A stretch of 64,000 bases of DNA, from assembly GCA_036506975.1 (NCBI GenBank), contig DASXQW010000384.1, positions 125 through 64,124 on the forward strand, given 5' to 3'. Origin of the DNA: Casimicrobiaceae bacterium (lineage in GTDB: Bacteria > Pseudomonadota > Gammaproteobacteria > Burkholderiales > Casimicrobiaceae). The position numbers were made by a program, and so were the translations under genes. Position 1 is the stretch's first letter; each line of letters begins with the position of its first letter. Positions 25,968 through 34,676 of the stretch are shown in pieces. The notes under the pieces are model-generated. The model worked only from the letters and a program-made list of their open reading frames with translations, made no database searches and was not told where the DNA came from.

Positions 25968-26870
25968 TCAGGACTGGGCGAGAACGATCGCGGCGGTGGC
26001 GACGATGTCCTCCACGCTCGCGCCGCGTGACAGGTCGCTCAAGGGTCGCGCAAAGCCCTGCAGCACCGGTCCGATGGCTTGCGCTCCGCCCAGGTACTGG
26101 CTGAGCTTGTAGGCGATATTGCCGGCATCGAGGTCGGGGAAGACGAGCACGTTCGCCCTTCCCGCGACCGGCCCGGCTTCCTTCAGCTTCTTCGCCGCGA
26201 CTGAGGGAATCAGTGCCGCATCGGCCTGCAGCTCGCCGTCGATCGCGAGCGAAGGTGCCCGACGGCGCGCAATCTCCAACGCGCGAACCACCTTCTCGAT
26301 GTGAGGGTGCTTGGCGCTCCCTTTGGTGGAGAACGAGAGTAGCGCGACGCGCGGCTCCTCGCGCAGCAGCCGGCGGCAACTTTCCGCCGACGCCAGCGCG
26401 ATGTCGGCGAGCTGCTCGGGGGTCGGGTCGGCGTTCACCGCGCAATCGGCAAAGACGAGGACCCGGTCCCGAAAGACCATGAGGAAGAAGCTCGAAGGCG
26501 TGTCGATACCCGGCGCAAGACCGATCGTCATCATCCCCGCCTCGATCACCCGCGCGGTCGGGGCCGCGACCCCGGCCACCATGGCATGCGCATCGCCCGC
26601 CTTCACCATCAGCCCGGCATGAAACAGCGGCTTCGCGGCCAGCCGCCGCGCCACCTTCGGGTTCGTGTCCGGACGGTGCTGCAGGTAAAGCGCAGCATAC
26701 GCATCGAGCCGGTCGCTCGATTCCGGGTTCGCCGGAAGAATCGGGTCGGCGAGGTCCTCGTCGCGCAGGCGGCGTGCCGCGGCGAGGATCCGCTCGTCCT
26801 CTGCTTCCGGGAACACGACCCGTAAGCCGCGGCCTCGGATCTGCGCCAGACAGGTTTCGACAATACTCAT
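25968..26870 (-). CDS. pta: Phosphate acetyltransferase (short Pta)
   Basis: 300 aa. [58 protein letters not shown]. Convergent with the xsc-sauST operon. Confidence 0.9.
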   Translation of the reverse strand: MSIVETCLAQIRGRGLRVVFPEAEDERILAAARRLRDEDLADPILPANPESSDRLDAYAALYLQHRPDTNPKVARRLAAKPLFHAGLMVKAGDAHAMVAGVAAPTARVIEAGMMTIGLAPGIDTPSSFFLMVFRDRVLVFADCAVNADPTPEQLADIALASAESCRRLLREEPRVALLSFSTKGSAKHPHIEKVVRALEIARRRAPSLAIDGELQADAALIPSVAAKKLKEAGPVAGRANVLVFPDLDAGNIAYKLSQYLGGAQAIGPVLQGFARPLSDLSRGASVEDIVATAAIVLAQS

Positions 26871-26932
26871 GGAAAAGCAGATTCCATGCAGAGCCGTATG
26901 AGCGACTTTGTTGCTCGGCCTCTCTCGGGAGG

Positions 26933-27643
26933 CTAGGCCGCTATCTTGCGCGAGCGCTCGCGCAGGATCTCCCGAATCGCTTCCTGCGATCCGGTAACGA
27001 GCTGTCGCATCGCCTGTTCGGCCATCGCGGTATCCCGCGTCTCGATCGCGCGAACGAGCCGCCTCCAGCCCTGCGCCGATTTGCGGCGCCGCTCGACGCC
27101 GCGCAGCGACAGCCGCGTGTAGCGCGCGACCTGTTCCGAAAACGAACGGATCAGCGCTGCGAGCCGCTCGCTGCCGGCGCCTTCGGCGATCAACTGCGAC
27201 AGCGCGTACACCGCCTCGAAATATCTGCCGTGGCTCGCGTCGGACGTGTGTTGCACGGCTTGGGCGAGCAGCGTTCGTGCCTCATCGAGCAGACCAGGAT
27301 CCGCCCGGGCGGCGACGCGCCGTGCCGCGACGGCGAGCAGGCTCGCCCGGATCTCGTAGAGGTCGTCGACCTCGTCGGCCGATAGCTGGGTGACGCTCGC
27401 GCCGCGGCGCGGTTCGATCCACACCAGCCCGCGCTTGTCGAGAAGACGAAGCGCTTCGCGGATCGACGCGCGACTGACACCGTACATCGTCGCCAGATCC
27501 ACCTCCTTGAGCCTGGCGCCCGAGGCAAACCGCTCGTTCAGGATCTCGTCGGCGATGCGCTGCGCAACCTGCTCGGAGAGCGTGAGGAACAGCGCCGTGT
27601 CGGCCGCCACGATCTGAACATCGGGCGCTTTTCGTCTTGGCAT
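26933..27643 (-). CDS. GntR-family (FadR/FCD subfamily) transcriptional regulator
   Basis: The likely start is MPRRKAPDV (236 aa) inside the 275-aa track ORF. w[28 protein letters not shown] plus an all-helical C-terminal domain. Confidence 0.85.
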   Translation of the reverse strand: MPRRKAPDVQIVAADTALFLTLSEQVAQRIADEILNERFASGARLKEVDLATMYGVSRASIREALRLLDKRGLVWIEPRRGASVTQLSADEVDDLYEIRASLLAVAARRVAARADPGLLDEARTLLAQAVQHTSDASHGRYFEAVYALSQLIAEGAGSERLAALIRSFSEQVARYTRLSLRGVERRRKSAQGWRRLVRAIETRDTAMAEQAMRQLVTGSQEAIREILRERSRKIAA

Positions 27644-27743
27644 CGTCGTCCTGTCCGTGAGCGTTCCGCCGACCGACGGCCGGCTTGCGTCGTGCGCGTT
27701 CCAGCCGGCAACGCCACGAGCCTGCGCAAGTCGACCCGATTTC

Positions 27744-27766
27744 TGTATGAATGTCGACATTATACA
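27744..27766. promoter_or_regulatory. Candidate GntR operator
   Basis: Perfect 12-bp palindrome AATGTCGACATT (27750-27761) flanked by TGTATG/ATACA. It fits the GT-N-AC core of GntR/FadR operators and lies in the divergent GntR/dctP spacer. A TATAGT -10-like hexamer follows. Confidence 0.5.
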
Positions 27767-27822
27767 CCCAGCGCAGTATAGTGGGCGCTCAAACGCGTCA
27801 GTCCGCTAGAGAGGAGAACGTC

Positions 27823-28869
27823 ATGAAGCAGCTCAAATCCCTGTTGCCGATGGTCGCGCTCGCCGCGTTCGTGATCGCCGGCGTCGATGACGCAGGCGCG
27901 CAGCAGCCGGTGCGCCTGACCGCCGCGACCGGCATCGCGCCCACGGTGCCGACGGCTTGGTGGTTCAGCGATTACATCGGGCCCAAGCTCAAGGAATACT
28001 CCAGCGGACGGATCGCGCCGAACGTCCAGATCAATGGCACGCTGTGCAACGAGCACAAGTGCGTCGAGCAGGCTCGGCTCGGTCAGATCGACATCGGGTC
28101 GGTCTCGGGCGGCAACATCGGCTCGTTCGGACACACGTTCGACATCCTCAACCTGCCCTACATCTTCAAGGACGATGCCGCGGCTGAGAAGCTGATCAAC
28201 GGCTGGCTCGGCGAGGAGCTCAAGAAGCGCGCGGAAAAGGAGATGGGCCTGCATGTGCTCGCGATCATTCCTTCGTACAGTTTCCGGAATATCGACAACT
28301 CGAGGCGCGAGATCCGCGTCCCGGGTGACATGGCGGGCATCAAGTTCCGAGTCACCAAGACGGAAGTCGAGCTGACGCTGATCAACACCTGGGGGGGCAC
28401 CGCGGTCCCGTACGACTGGGGTCAGCTCTACGAGGGGCTGCAGACCAAGGTCGTCGACGGCATGTACATCCCGGACGCCTACGTCGCCGCGCAGAAGTTC
28501 TACGAGGTCGCGCCGTATATCACGAAGACGGGCGGCGGCTGGAACTCCCACATCATCTTCATGGACCTCAAGCGCTACCAGCAGCTTCCCGACTGGGCGC
28601 GCCAAGTCGTCGATCGCGTCGGCAAGGAAGTCGAGGCACGCGGCTTCGCGGTCGATGCCGAATGGATGGCGAAGTATACGAAGCAGCTCGAAGGCAAGGT
28701 GAAAGTCTACACGCCCACGGCGAGCGAGCTCAGTCTGTGGTATGCCGGCGCGCCGCCGGCGTGGCGTGCCGTGAGGAATACATACGACCCGGCGCTCGCA
28801 CGGCGCGCGCTGCAGGACCAGGGGCAGCAGGAGCTGATCGCGAAGCTCGAGCGGGTTGGCGCGCTCTAA
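27823..28869 (+). CDS. dctP: TRAP transporter substrate-binding protein (DctP family)
   Basis: Start MKQLKSLLPMVALAAF (signal peptide) after a GAGGAG RBS. DctP-like body, including an Arg in the conserved position (SYSFRNID) that binds substrate carboxylate in this family. Confidence 0.85.
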   Translation: MKQLKSLLPMVALAAFVIAGVDDAGAQQPVRLTAATGIAPTVPTAWWFSDYIGPKLKEYSSGRIAPNVQINGTLCNEHKCVEQARLGQIDIGSVSGGNIGSFGHTFDILNLPYIFKDDAAAEKLINGWLGEELKKRAEKEMGLHVLAIIPSYSFRNIDNSRREIRVPGDMAGIKFRVTKTEVELTLINTWGGTAVPYDWGQLYEGLQTKVVDGMYIPDAYVAAQKFYEVAPYITKTGGGWNSHIIFMDLKRYQQLPDWARQVVDRVGKEVEARGFAVDAEWMAKYTKQLEGKVKVYTPTASELSLWYAGAPPAWRAVRNTYDPALARRALQDQGQQELIAKLERVGAL

Positions 28870-28877
28870 GTAGACTG

Positions 28878-29396
28878 ATGTTCATCGCGGAGTCGACCGC
28901 CGACGCGGCGGCAGCACAGGCATTCTCGCTCGCGCATCGCGGGGCGTGCGAGCTGTTCGCGGAGCCGCAGAGGACTCACTGTCTCGCGCTCGTGTCGGAC
29001 GCGAGCGGCGACGAAGCCGCGTGGACGTTTACGCCGGTCCAGCCGCTGTTCGAAGGCGGACGCCACGGTCCCGGCGCAGGCGAATGGCTGCTCTGCGTCG
29101 GCCTGTGGGTGCCCGCCGATCAGCGCGGCGAGTTCCTCGCGTGGTACAAGCAGGAGCACCTACCCATTCTGCTCGAGTGCCCGATGTGGGACGGCTGCCG
29201 TTTCGTCGAGGCGCCGCACGCGCAGGGCTGCCAGTTCTTCGCGCTGCATCAGCTCTCGGACCGGGCGGCGCTCGACTCTGCCGAGCGCGCACGCTCACGC
29301 GCAACTCCGTGGTTCCGGCGGCTCAAGCGATTCGAATGGTTCGACGAACCGTTCACCCGCATACTGTATCGCCGTGTCGAGAGCAACGAATCCTGA
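28878..29396 (+). CDS. Hypothetical protein (about 172 aa)
   Basis: In-frame ATG 9 nt after the dctP stop. No family recognised. The C-terminal half (FLAWYKQEHLPILLECPMWDGCRFVEA...) may adopt a ferredoxin-like alpha/beta fold. Coding is inferred from the tight operon spacing. Confidence 0.45.
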   Translation: MFIAESTADAAAAQAFSLAHRGACELFAEPQRTHCLALVSDASGDEAAWTFTPVQPLFEGGRHGPGAGEWLLCVGLWVPADQRGEFLAWYKQEHLPILLECPMWDGCRFVEAPHAQGCQFFALHQLSDRAALDSAERARSRATPWFRRLKRFEWFDEPFTRILYRRVESNES

Positions 29397-29874
29397 CGCG
29401 CATCGTGGCTGCAGCGCCGGCGCCGCTTCGTTGCGTCGCGATGCGATAACACTGCCGCTGCCGCCGCACCTTCGCCCCGAGCTGCGGGGGATTGCAGGCG
29501 AATACTGGCGCGGCGCCGCTCGCGGCGAGTTGCGGCTTCCGCGCTGCCGCAGCTGCGCGTCGCTCACATGGCCGCCGAGAAGCGGCTGCCCGGTCTGCGG
29601 TGCGAGCGAGATCGAGTGGGTGTGCGCGTCCGGCCACGGTGTCGTCCACACGTTTACCGTCGTCAGGCAGGCCGCCGACCCCTACTTCAACGCCAGGCTT
29701 CCTTACGTGGTTGCGATGGTGCAGCTCGACGAAGGCCCGCGTCTGATGAGCAACATCACGGATTGCGACGTCGAGGCCGTTCACATCGGTATGCCGGTCG
29801 CGGTCGCGTTCGTCGACGCCGGCGACGGTCTGGCGGTGCCCGTGTTCACGCCGTCTAGCGCGCCTACGCGATGA
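29374..29874 (+). CDS. DUF35 OB-fold/zinc-ribbon protein (thiolase-fold partner)
   Basis: Zn-ribbon CRSC...CPVC followed by an OB-fold segment (GHGVVHTFTVV...PYVVAMVQLDEGPRLMSNI). ATGA overlap with the downstream thiolase-fold gene. The start is uncertain (GTG 29374 or TTG near 29431). Confidence 0.8.
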   Translation: MSRATNPDAHRGCSAGAASLRRDAITLPLPPHLRPELRGIAGEYWRGAARGELRLPRCRSCASLTWPPRSGCPVCGASEIEWVCASGHGVVHTFTVVRQAADPYFNARLPYVVAMVQLDEGPRLMSNITDCDVEAVHIGMPVAVAFVDAGDGLAVPVFTPSSAPTR

Positions 29875-31004
29875 CCGCACCGCCGCTCGCAGGACGCGTG
29901 GCGATCGCAGGTGCTGCGACCGCGGGCATCGGGTGGTCGACCGAGGCCACGCCCGTCGAGCTGATGGCCCAGGCGACACGCGCCGCGCTGGCCGATGCCC
30001 GGCTGCGCCTCGCGGAGGTCGACGCGGTGTTCGCGGTGACACCGTATTACTGGATGCCGTCGATAGCCCTAGCCGACGAACTCGGAATCCGGCCGCGCGT
30101 CACCGACTCGACTAACATCGGCGGCGCATCGGTCGTCGCGCACGTCGGCCATGCGCTGCGCGCGATCGTGACCGGCGGCGCCGACGTCGCGGTAATCGCT
30201 TACGCGAGCACGCAGCGATCGGATAGCGGTCGGCTGGTGACACGGGCCGAAGTGCCGCCATACGAGCAGCCATACGGCGCGCTGTTCCCGATCTCGGCTT
30301 ACGCGATGGTAGCGCAGCGCCACATGCACGAGTACGGCACGACACGCGCGCAGCTCGCGCAGGTTGCGGTGGCCGCCAGCCAATGGGCTTCGCTCAATCC
30401 CGAGGCGCTGCGCCGCGAGCCGCTGACGATCGATGACGTGATCGCGTCACCGGCGGTGAGCGATCCGTTGCGCAAGCTCGACTGCTGCCTGGTGACCAAC
30501 GGCGGCGGCGCGATCGTGTTGACCGCCGCCGAGCGCCGCACGCGCAAGCCGGTGAAGGTTCTCGGGGTCGGGGAGTCGCACAGCCACTGCTACGCGTCGA
30601 GCATGCGCAGCTTCACGCGCACCGACGCTGTCGAATCGAGCCACGCGGCGTACGAGATGGCGGGCACGGGCCCGGAGGACATCGACGTCGTCCAGGTCTA
30701 CGATGCGTTCACGATCAACGTCGTCGTCGGACTCGAGGACACGGGGTTTTGCGCCAAAGGCGACGGCGGCAGGCTCGTCGAGCGAGGCATCGGACCCGGC
30801 GGCGCGCTGGCAGTCAACACCTCGGGCGGCGGGCTGCGCTACTGTCACCCGGGGATGTTCGGCATCTTCCTGCTGATCGAGGCGGTGCGGCAATTGCGCG
30901 CTGAAGCCGGCGAGCGCCAGGTGATGAAGGCGCGGCGCGCGCTCGTCCACGGCTACGGCGGCATCTTCGCCGGCAACGCGACCGTCGTCCTCGGTCGCGG
31001 CTGA
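29871..31004 (+). CDS. SCP-x/Ltp-type thiolase-fold protein, apparently lacking the N-terminal nucleophilic Cys
   Basis: 377 aa with thiolase-like architecture (LDCCLVTNGGGAIVL, NTSGGGLRYCHPG). Where thiolases carry C(A/S)(S/T)G, this protein reads TNIGGASVV. That alignment was made by eye. Confidence 0.8.
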   Translation: MTAPPLAGRVAIAGAATAGIGWSTEATPVELMAQATRAALADARLRLAEVDAVFAVTPYYWMPSIALADELGIRPRVTDSTNIGGASVVAHVGHALRAIVTGGADVAVIAYASTQRSDSGRLVTRAEVPPYEQPYGALFPISAYAMVAQRHMHEYGTTRAQLAQVAVAASQWASLNPEALRREPLTIDDVIASPAVSDPLRKLDCCLVTNGGGAIVLTAAERRTRKPVKVLGVGESHSHCYASSMRSFTRTDAVESSHAAYEMAGTGPEDIDVVQVYDAFTINVVVGLEDTGFCAKGDGGRLVERGIGPGGALAVNTSGGGLRYCHPGMFGIFLLIEAVRQLRAEAGERQVMKARRALVHGYGGIFAGNATVVLGRG

Positions 31005-31026
31005 CCCGTCGATCGGAACGTAGGCC

Positions 31027-32559
31027 ATGCCCCAGATCCACCTCATCGATGTCACGATGCGCGACGGACACCAGTGCCTGTGGTCGACGCGGATGACCAA
31101 CGCCATGATCGCGCCGGTGCTCGATCTAGCCGACGACGCCGGCTTCCACACGATCGACCTCGTCGGCGGCGCCGTCTTCGACGTGTGCGTGCGCTACCTG
31201 CAGGAGAACCCGTGGGCGCGCATGCGAATGGCCGCGCAGCGGCTGCAGCGCACGCCGATCAACGTCTGGATGCGCGGAGCGAGCCTGTTCACGTTCGAGT
31301 ACTTCCCGCACGACGTGGTCGAGCTGACGATCGCTCATCTCGCCGCGAACGGCGTGCACCATCTGACGACCTACGACGCGCTGAACGACAACCGGAACCT
31401 CGCGGGCTCGGTGCAGGCCGCGCGCTCGGCCGGCATCGGCGTCACCGGCGCCGTCGTGTACACGCTGAGCCCGGTCCATACCGACTCGTATTTCCAGGCC
31501 CGCGCGCGCGAGCTCGTCGCGCTCGGCGTCGATCGGATCTGCCTCAAGGATCCGAGCGGATTGCTCACGCCAGAACGCATACGAACGCTTGCGCCCGCGC
31601 TGCTCGCGGCCGCGCCCGGCATCCCGCTCGAGTTGCATTCGCACTGCCTGTCGGGCCTCGCACCGCACGTGTATCGCGACGCGCTGGACGCCGGCATCAC
31701 GTTCTTCCACACGGCGGTGAGACCTCTTGCCAACGGCGCTTCGCTGCCACCGGCCGAAGACTTCAACGCGACGGCGCTCTCACGCGGGTACCGCACGGGC
31801 ATTCGCGCCGAGCGGCTCGACGAGATGTCGGCGTATTTCGCATGGGTCGCGTGGCGCGAGGGCAAGCCCACGGGAAAACCGGCGACGCTTGATCCGCGGA
31901 TGTACGAGCACCAGGTGCCGGGCGGGATGATCTCGAACCTGCGCACGCAGCTTTGCGCCGCCGGCATCGAGCACCGGCTCGATGAGATCCTCGACGAAGT
32001 CGCGCAAGTACGCAAGGATCTGGGCTATCCGATCATGGTGAGCCCGTTCGCGCAGTTCCTGATCACGCAGGCGACACTCAATGTGGTCCAGGGCGAGCGT
32101 TATTGCATGATCCCCGACGAGCTGCGCAAGTACGCGCTCGGCCATTACGGGCGTGCTGCGGGACCTCTCGCGCCCGAGTTCCTCGAGCGCGCGACGCGAG
32201 GCGAGCCTGTCGTGCAGGAGGCGCCGGCCGAGTTACTCCCGCCCGCGCTGCCACGTCTGCGCGCGGAGCGCGGAGCGCACGCGGGCAACGACGAGATCCT
32301 GCTCGCCGCTTATTACGACGATTCGCTCGTGCGGCCGGTGCTCGCACGTACGCGCGATGCGGTGGCGGGGCTGCGATTCCGCACGACGCCGCTGCGCGAG
32401 CTCGTCGCCTATCTCGCCGGGGCGGCGGACATCGAAAAGCTGCGCGTCGCGATCTCGGGCGTCGATCTTGCGCTCGGCAGCGCCGCTGCGGCGAGCGACG
32501 CGGTGCGACCGGCGATGGCGACGACCGCCCCCGATACTGCGAACGGCAATCTGCGATGA
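31027..32559 (+). CDS. 5S-type carboxyltransferase / oxaloacetate decarboxylase alpha-like (DRE-TIM) protein without a biotinyl domain, copy 1
   Basis: 510 aa. IDVTMRDGHQCLWSTRM, ICLKDPSGLL (Lys-Asp), LELHSHC. No (A/V)MKM biotinylation motif at the C-terminus. Roughly half the residues are identical to the 44760-46235 paralog by eye. Confidence 0.85.
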   Translation: MPQIHLIDVTMRDGHQCLWSTRMTNAMIAPVLDLADDAGFHTIDLVGGAVFDVCVRYLQENPWARMRMAAQRLQRTPINVWMRGASLFTFEYFPHDVVELTIAHLAANGVHHLTTYDALNDNRNLAGSVQAARSAGIGVTGAVVYTLSPVHTDSYFQARARELVALGVDRICLKDPSGLLTPERIRTLAPALLAAAPGIPLELHSHCLSGLAPHVYRDALDAGITFFHTAVRPLANGASLPPAEDFNATALSRGYRTGIRAERLDEMSAYFAWVAWREGKPTGKPATLDPRMYEHQVPGGMISNLRTQLCAAGIEHRLDEILDEVAQVRKDLGYPIMVSPFAQFLITQATLNVVQGERYCMIPDELRKYALGHYGRAAGPLAPEFLERATRGEPVVQEAPAELLPPALPRLRAERGAHAGNDEILLAAYYDDSLVRPVLARTRDAVAGLRFRTTPLRELVAYLAGAADIEKLRVAISGVDLALGSAAAASDAVRPAMATTAPDTANGNLR

Positions 32560-34667
32560 CACAGGTGCACCCGCTCGACGCACTGCTACGACCGCGCAGC
32601 ATCGCGATCGCGGGCGCTTCGGACAATCCGGCCAAGCTCGGCTCGCTTCCGCTGCAATTCCTGCGCAAGTTCGCGTACGACGGCGACATCTACCCCATCA
32701 ACGCCAAGCTCGACGAGGTGATGGGCTGCAAATGCTACCCGTCGCTCGCGAGCATCGGCCGGCCGATCGACTTGATGATCGCCGCGGTCGCCGCCGAACG
32801 CATTCCGGCCCTGCTCGAGGACTCGGTGCCGGGTCAGGTCCGCTTTGCGCTCGTGTTGGCGTCGAACTACGCCGAGGCGGGTGCGGAGGGCATGCGCCTC
32901 CAGCGCGAGCTCGTCGAGCTTGCCAACCGCAAGGGCATCCGTCTCGTCGGTCCCAACTCGGTCGGTATCGTCAATCTGTGGGACAAAGCGGTGGCGTCGA
33001 TCAGCCAGGTGTTCGACCGGACCGATCTCGAGCCGGGGCCGGTGGCGTTCGTCACGCAGAGCGGCGCGGTCGGCACCGCGATCACCGCGCTCGCGCACGA
33101 GCAAGGCCTCGGCATCGGATATTTCATCAGCACCGGCAACGAGGCTGACCTCGAGTTCAGCGACTTCTGCGACGCCTTCATCGACGACCCGAAGGTGACG
33201 GTCATCGCGGGCTATCTCGAGAGCGTGCGCGACGGCGCGAAATTCCAGCGCATCGCGCGCCGGGCGCTCGAGGCGGGCAAGCCGATCGTGCTGGTCAAGG
33301 TCGGGACGACCGACGTGGGGGGTCGCGCCGTGCGGTCACATACCGGCGCGCTTGCCGGTTCGGACGACGTCTACCGAGCGGTTTTCGCGGCTCACGGCGT
33401 CGTGCGCGCCGACGGCATCGAGTCGCTGATCGATTATCTGAAGATGTTCGTCGCGTATCCGCGCACCGCGAACCAGGCGGATACAAGCCACGTAGCGGTG
33501 CTGAGCCACTCCGGCGGCGCCGGCGTCATGATGGCAGACGCCGCAGTGAGCCTGGGCCTCGAGATGCCGCCGCCGTCGCCGGGCCTCGTGCGCACGCTGC
33601 AAGCGCGGCTGCCCGCATACGCGGCGCTCAACAACCCGATCGACATGACAGCGAACGTCATCTTCGATCCGCAGGTGATGGCGGGCAGCGTGCTCGATGC
33701 CGCGCAAAGCGGCGAGTACGACGCGGTCATGCTGTGCGTCAACCTGATCTGGCGGCAGGGCGAAGCGCTCGCCGACGCGCTCGCTGCCGCGCGCAGCGCT
33801 ACAGACCGCATGCTCGCCGTCACCTGGATCGCCGCTCTTCCCGGCCCGCTGCAGCGGCTCGCCCACGCCGGTGTCCCGGTGTTCAGCGACCCAATGCGCT
33901 GCGTGCGCGCCGTGGCCGCGCGTCTTCATTGGGAGCGCGCGCGCCGCGTGGCGCTCGATAGCACGCCCGTCACAGTAGCGCCCAAATCCCGCACGGCCGG
34001 CGCCGACGGCTACCTCGGCCAGCAATCGCTACTCGAGCAGCACGGCATCAACGTCGCGCCGTCGCGGCTCGTAAGCAAGCACGAGGACGCACGTCGTCAA
34101 GCGCAGCAGCTCGGCTATCCCGTCGTCGCCAAGCTCATGGCAGCGTCACTGCCGCACAAGAGCGACATTGGCGGCGTCGTCCTCGGCATCGCCACTGACG
34201 ACGCGCTGGCACGCGCCGTCGACAGGCTGTTCAAAATCCCTTGCGAGGGTCGCGAAGGCGTGCTGATCCAGAAGATGGTCGACGACGCCGACGCGATCGA
34301 GCTCTTCGCCGGGTTCACGCAGGATCGCGTGTTTGGGCCCGTGGTGCTGTTCGGGCTGGGGGGCCTGTTTGTCGAGATCCTGCGCGACGTCGTCATGCGT
34401 CCCGCGCCCTTCGGCATCGACGTCGCCACACGGATGATTCGTGGTGCGCGCTTCTTCCCGTTGTTGCACGGCGCCCGTGGCCGCAAACCGTGCGATCTGC
34501 ACGCGCTCGCGCAACTCCTCGCCCGTGTGTCCACGCTCGCCGCCGCGGAACCGTCGCTGCTCACGCTCGATCTCAACCCCGTGCTCGCTTCGCCGCGCGG
34601 CGTGATCGTGGTCGACTTCAAGCTCGAGCTCCGTGGCCAAATGCTGCGCGAGCGATCGCCCGCCTAA
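32556..34667 (+). CDS. ADP-forming (NDP-forming) acyl-CoA synthetase, fused alpha/beta
   Basis: The real start is MTQVHPLDALLRPRSIAIAGAS (703 aa), with an ATGA overlap upstream. Contains a CoA-binding domain, phosphohistidine loop RSHTGALAGSD and a C-terminal ATP-grasp domain. Confidence 0.85.
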   Translation: MTQVHPLDALLRPRSIAIAGASDNPAKLGSLPLQFLRKFAYDGDIYPINAKLDEVMGCKCYPSLASIGRPIDLMIAAVAAERIPALLEDSVPGQVRFALVLASNYAEAGAEGMRLQRELVELANRKGIRLVGPNSVGIVNLWDKAVASISQVFDRTDLEPGPVAFVTQSGAVGTAITALAHEQGLGIGYFISTGNEADLEFSDFCDAFIDDPKVTVIAGYLESVRDGAKFQRIARRALEAGKPIVLVKVGTTDVGGRAVRSHTGALAGSDDVYRAVFAAHGVVRADGIESLIDYLKMFVAYPRTANQADTSHVAVLSHSGGAGVMMADAAVSLGLEMPPPSPGLVRTLQARLPAYAALNNPIDMTANVIFDPQVMAGSVLDAAQSGEYDAVMLCVNLIWRQGEALADALAAARSATDRMLAVTWIAALPGPLQRLAHAGVPVFSDPMRCVRAVAARLHWERARRVALDSTPVTVAPKSRTAGADGYLGQQSLLEQHGINVAPSRLVSKHEDARRQAQQLGYPVVAKLMAASLPHKSDIGGVVLGIATDDALARAVDRLFKIPCEGREGVLIQKMVDDADAIELFAGFTQDRVFGPVVLFGLGGLFVEILRDVVMRPAPFGIDVATRMIRGARFFPLLHGARGRKPCDLHALAQLLARVSTLAAAEPSLLTLDLNPVLASPRGVIVVDFKLELRGQMLRERSPA

Positions 34668-34676
34668 CCTCTGATC

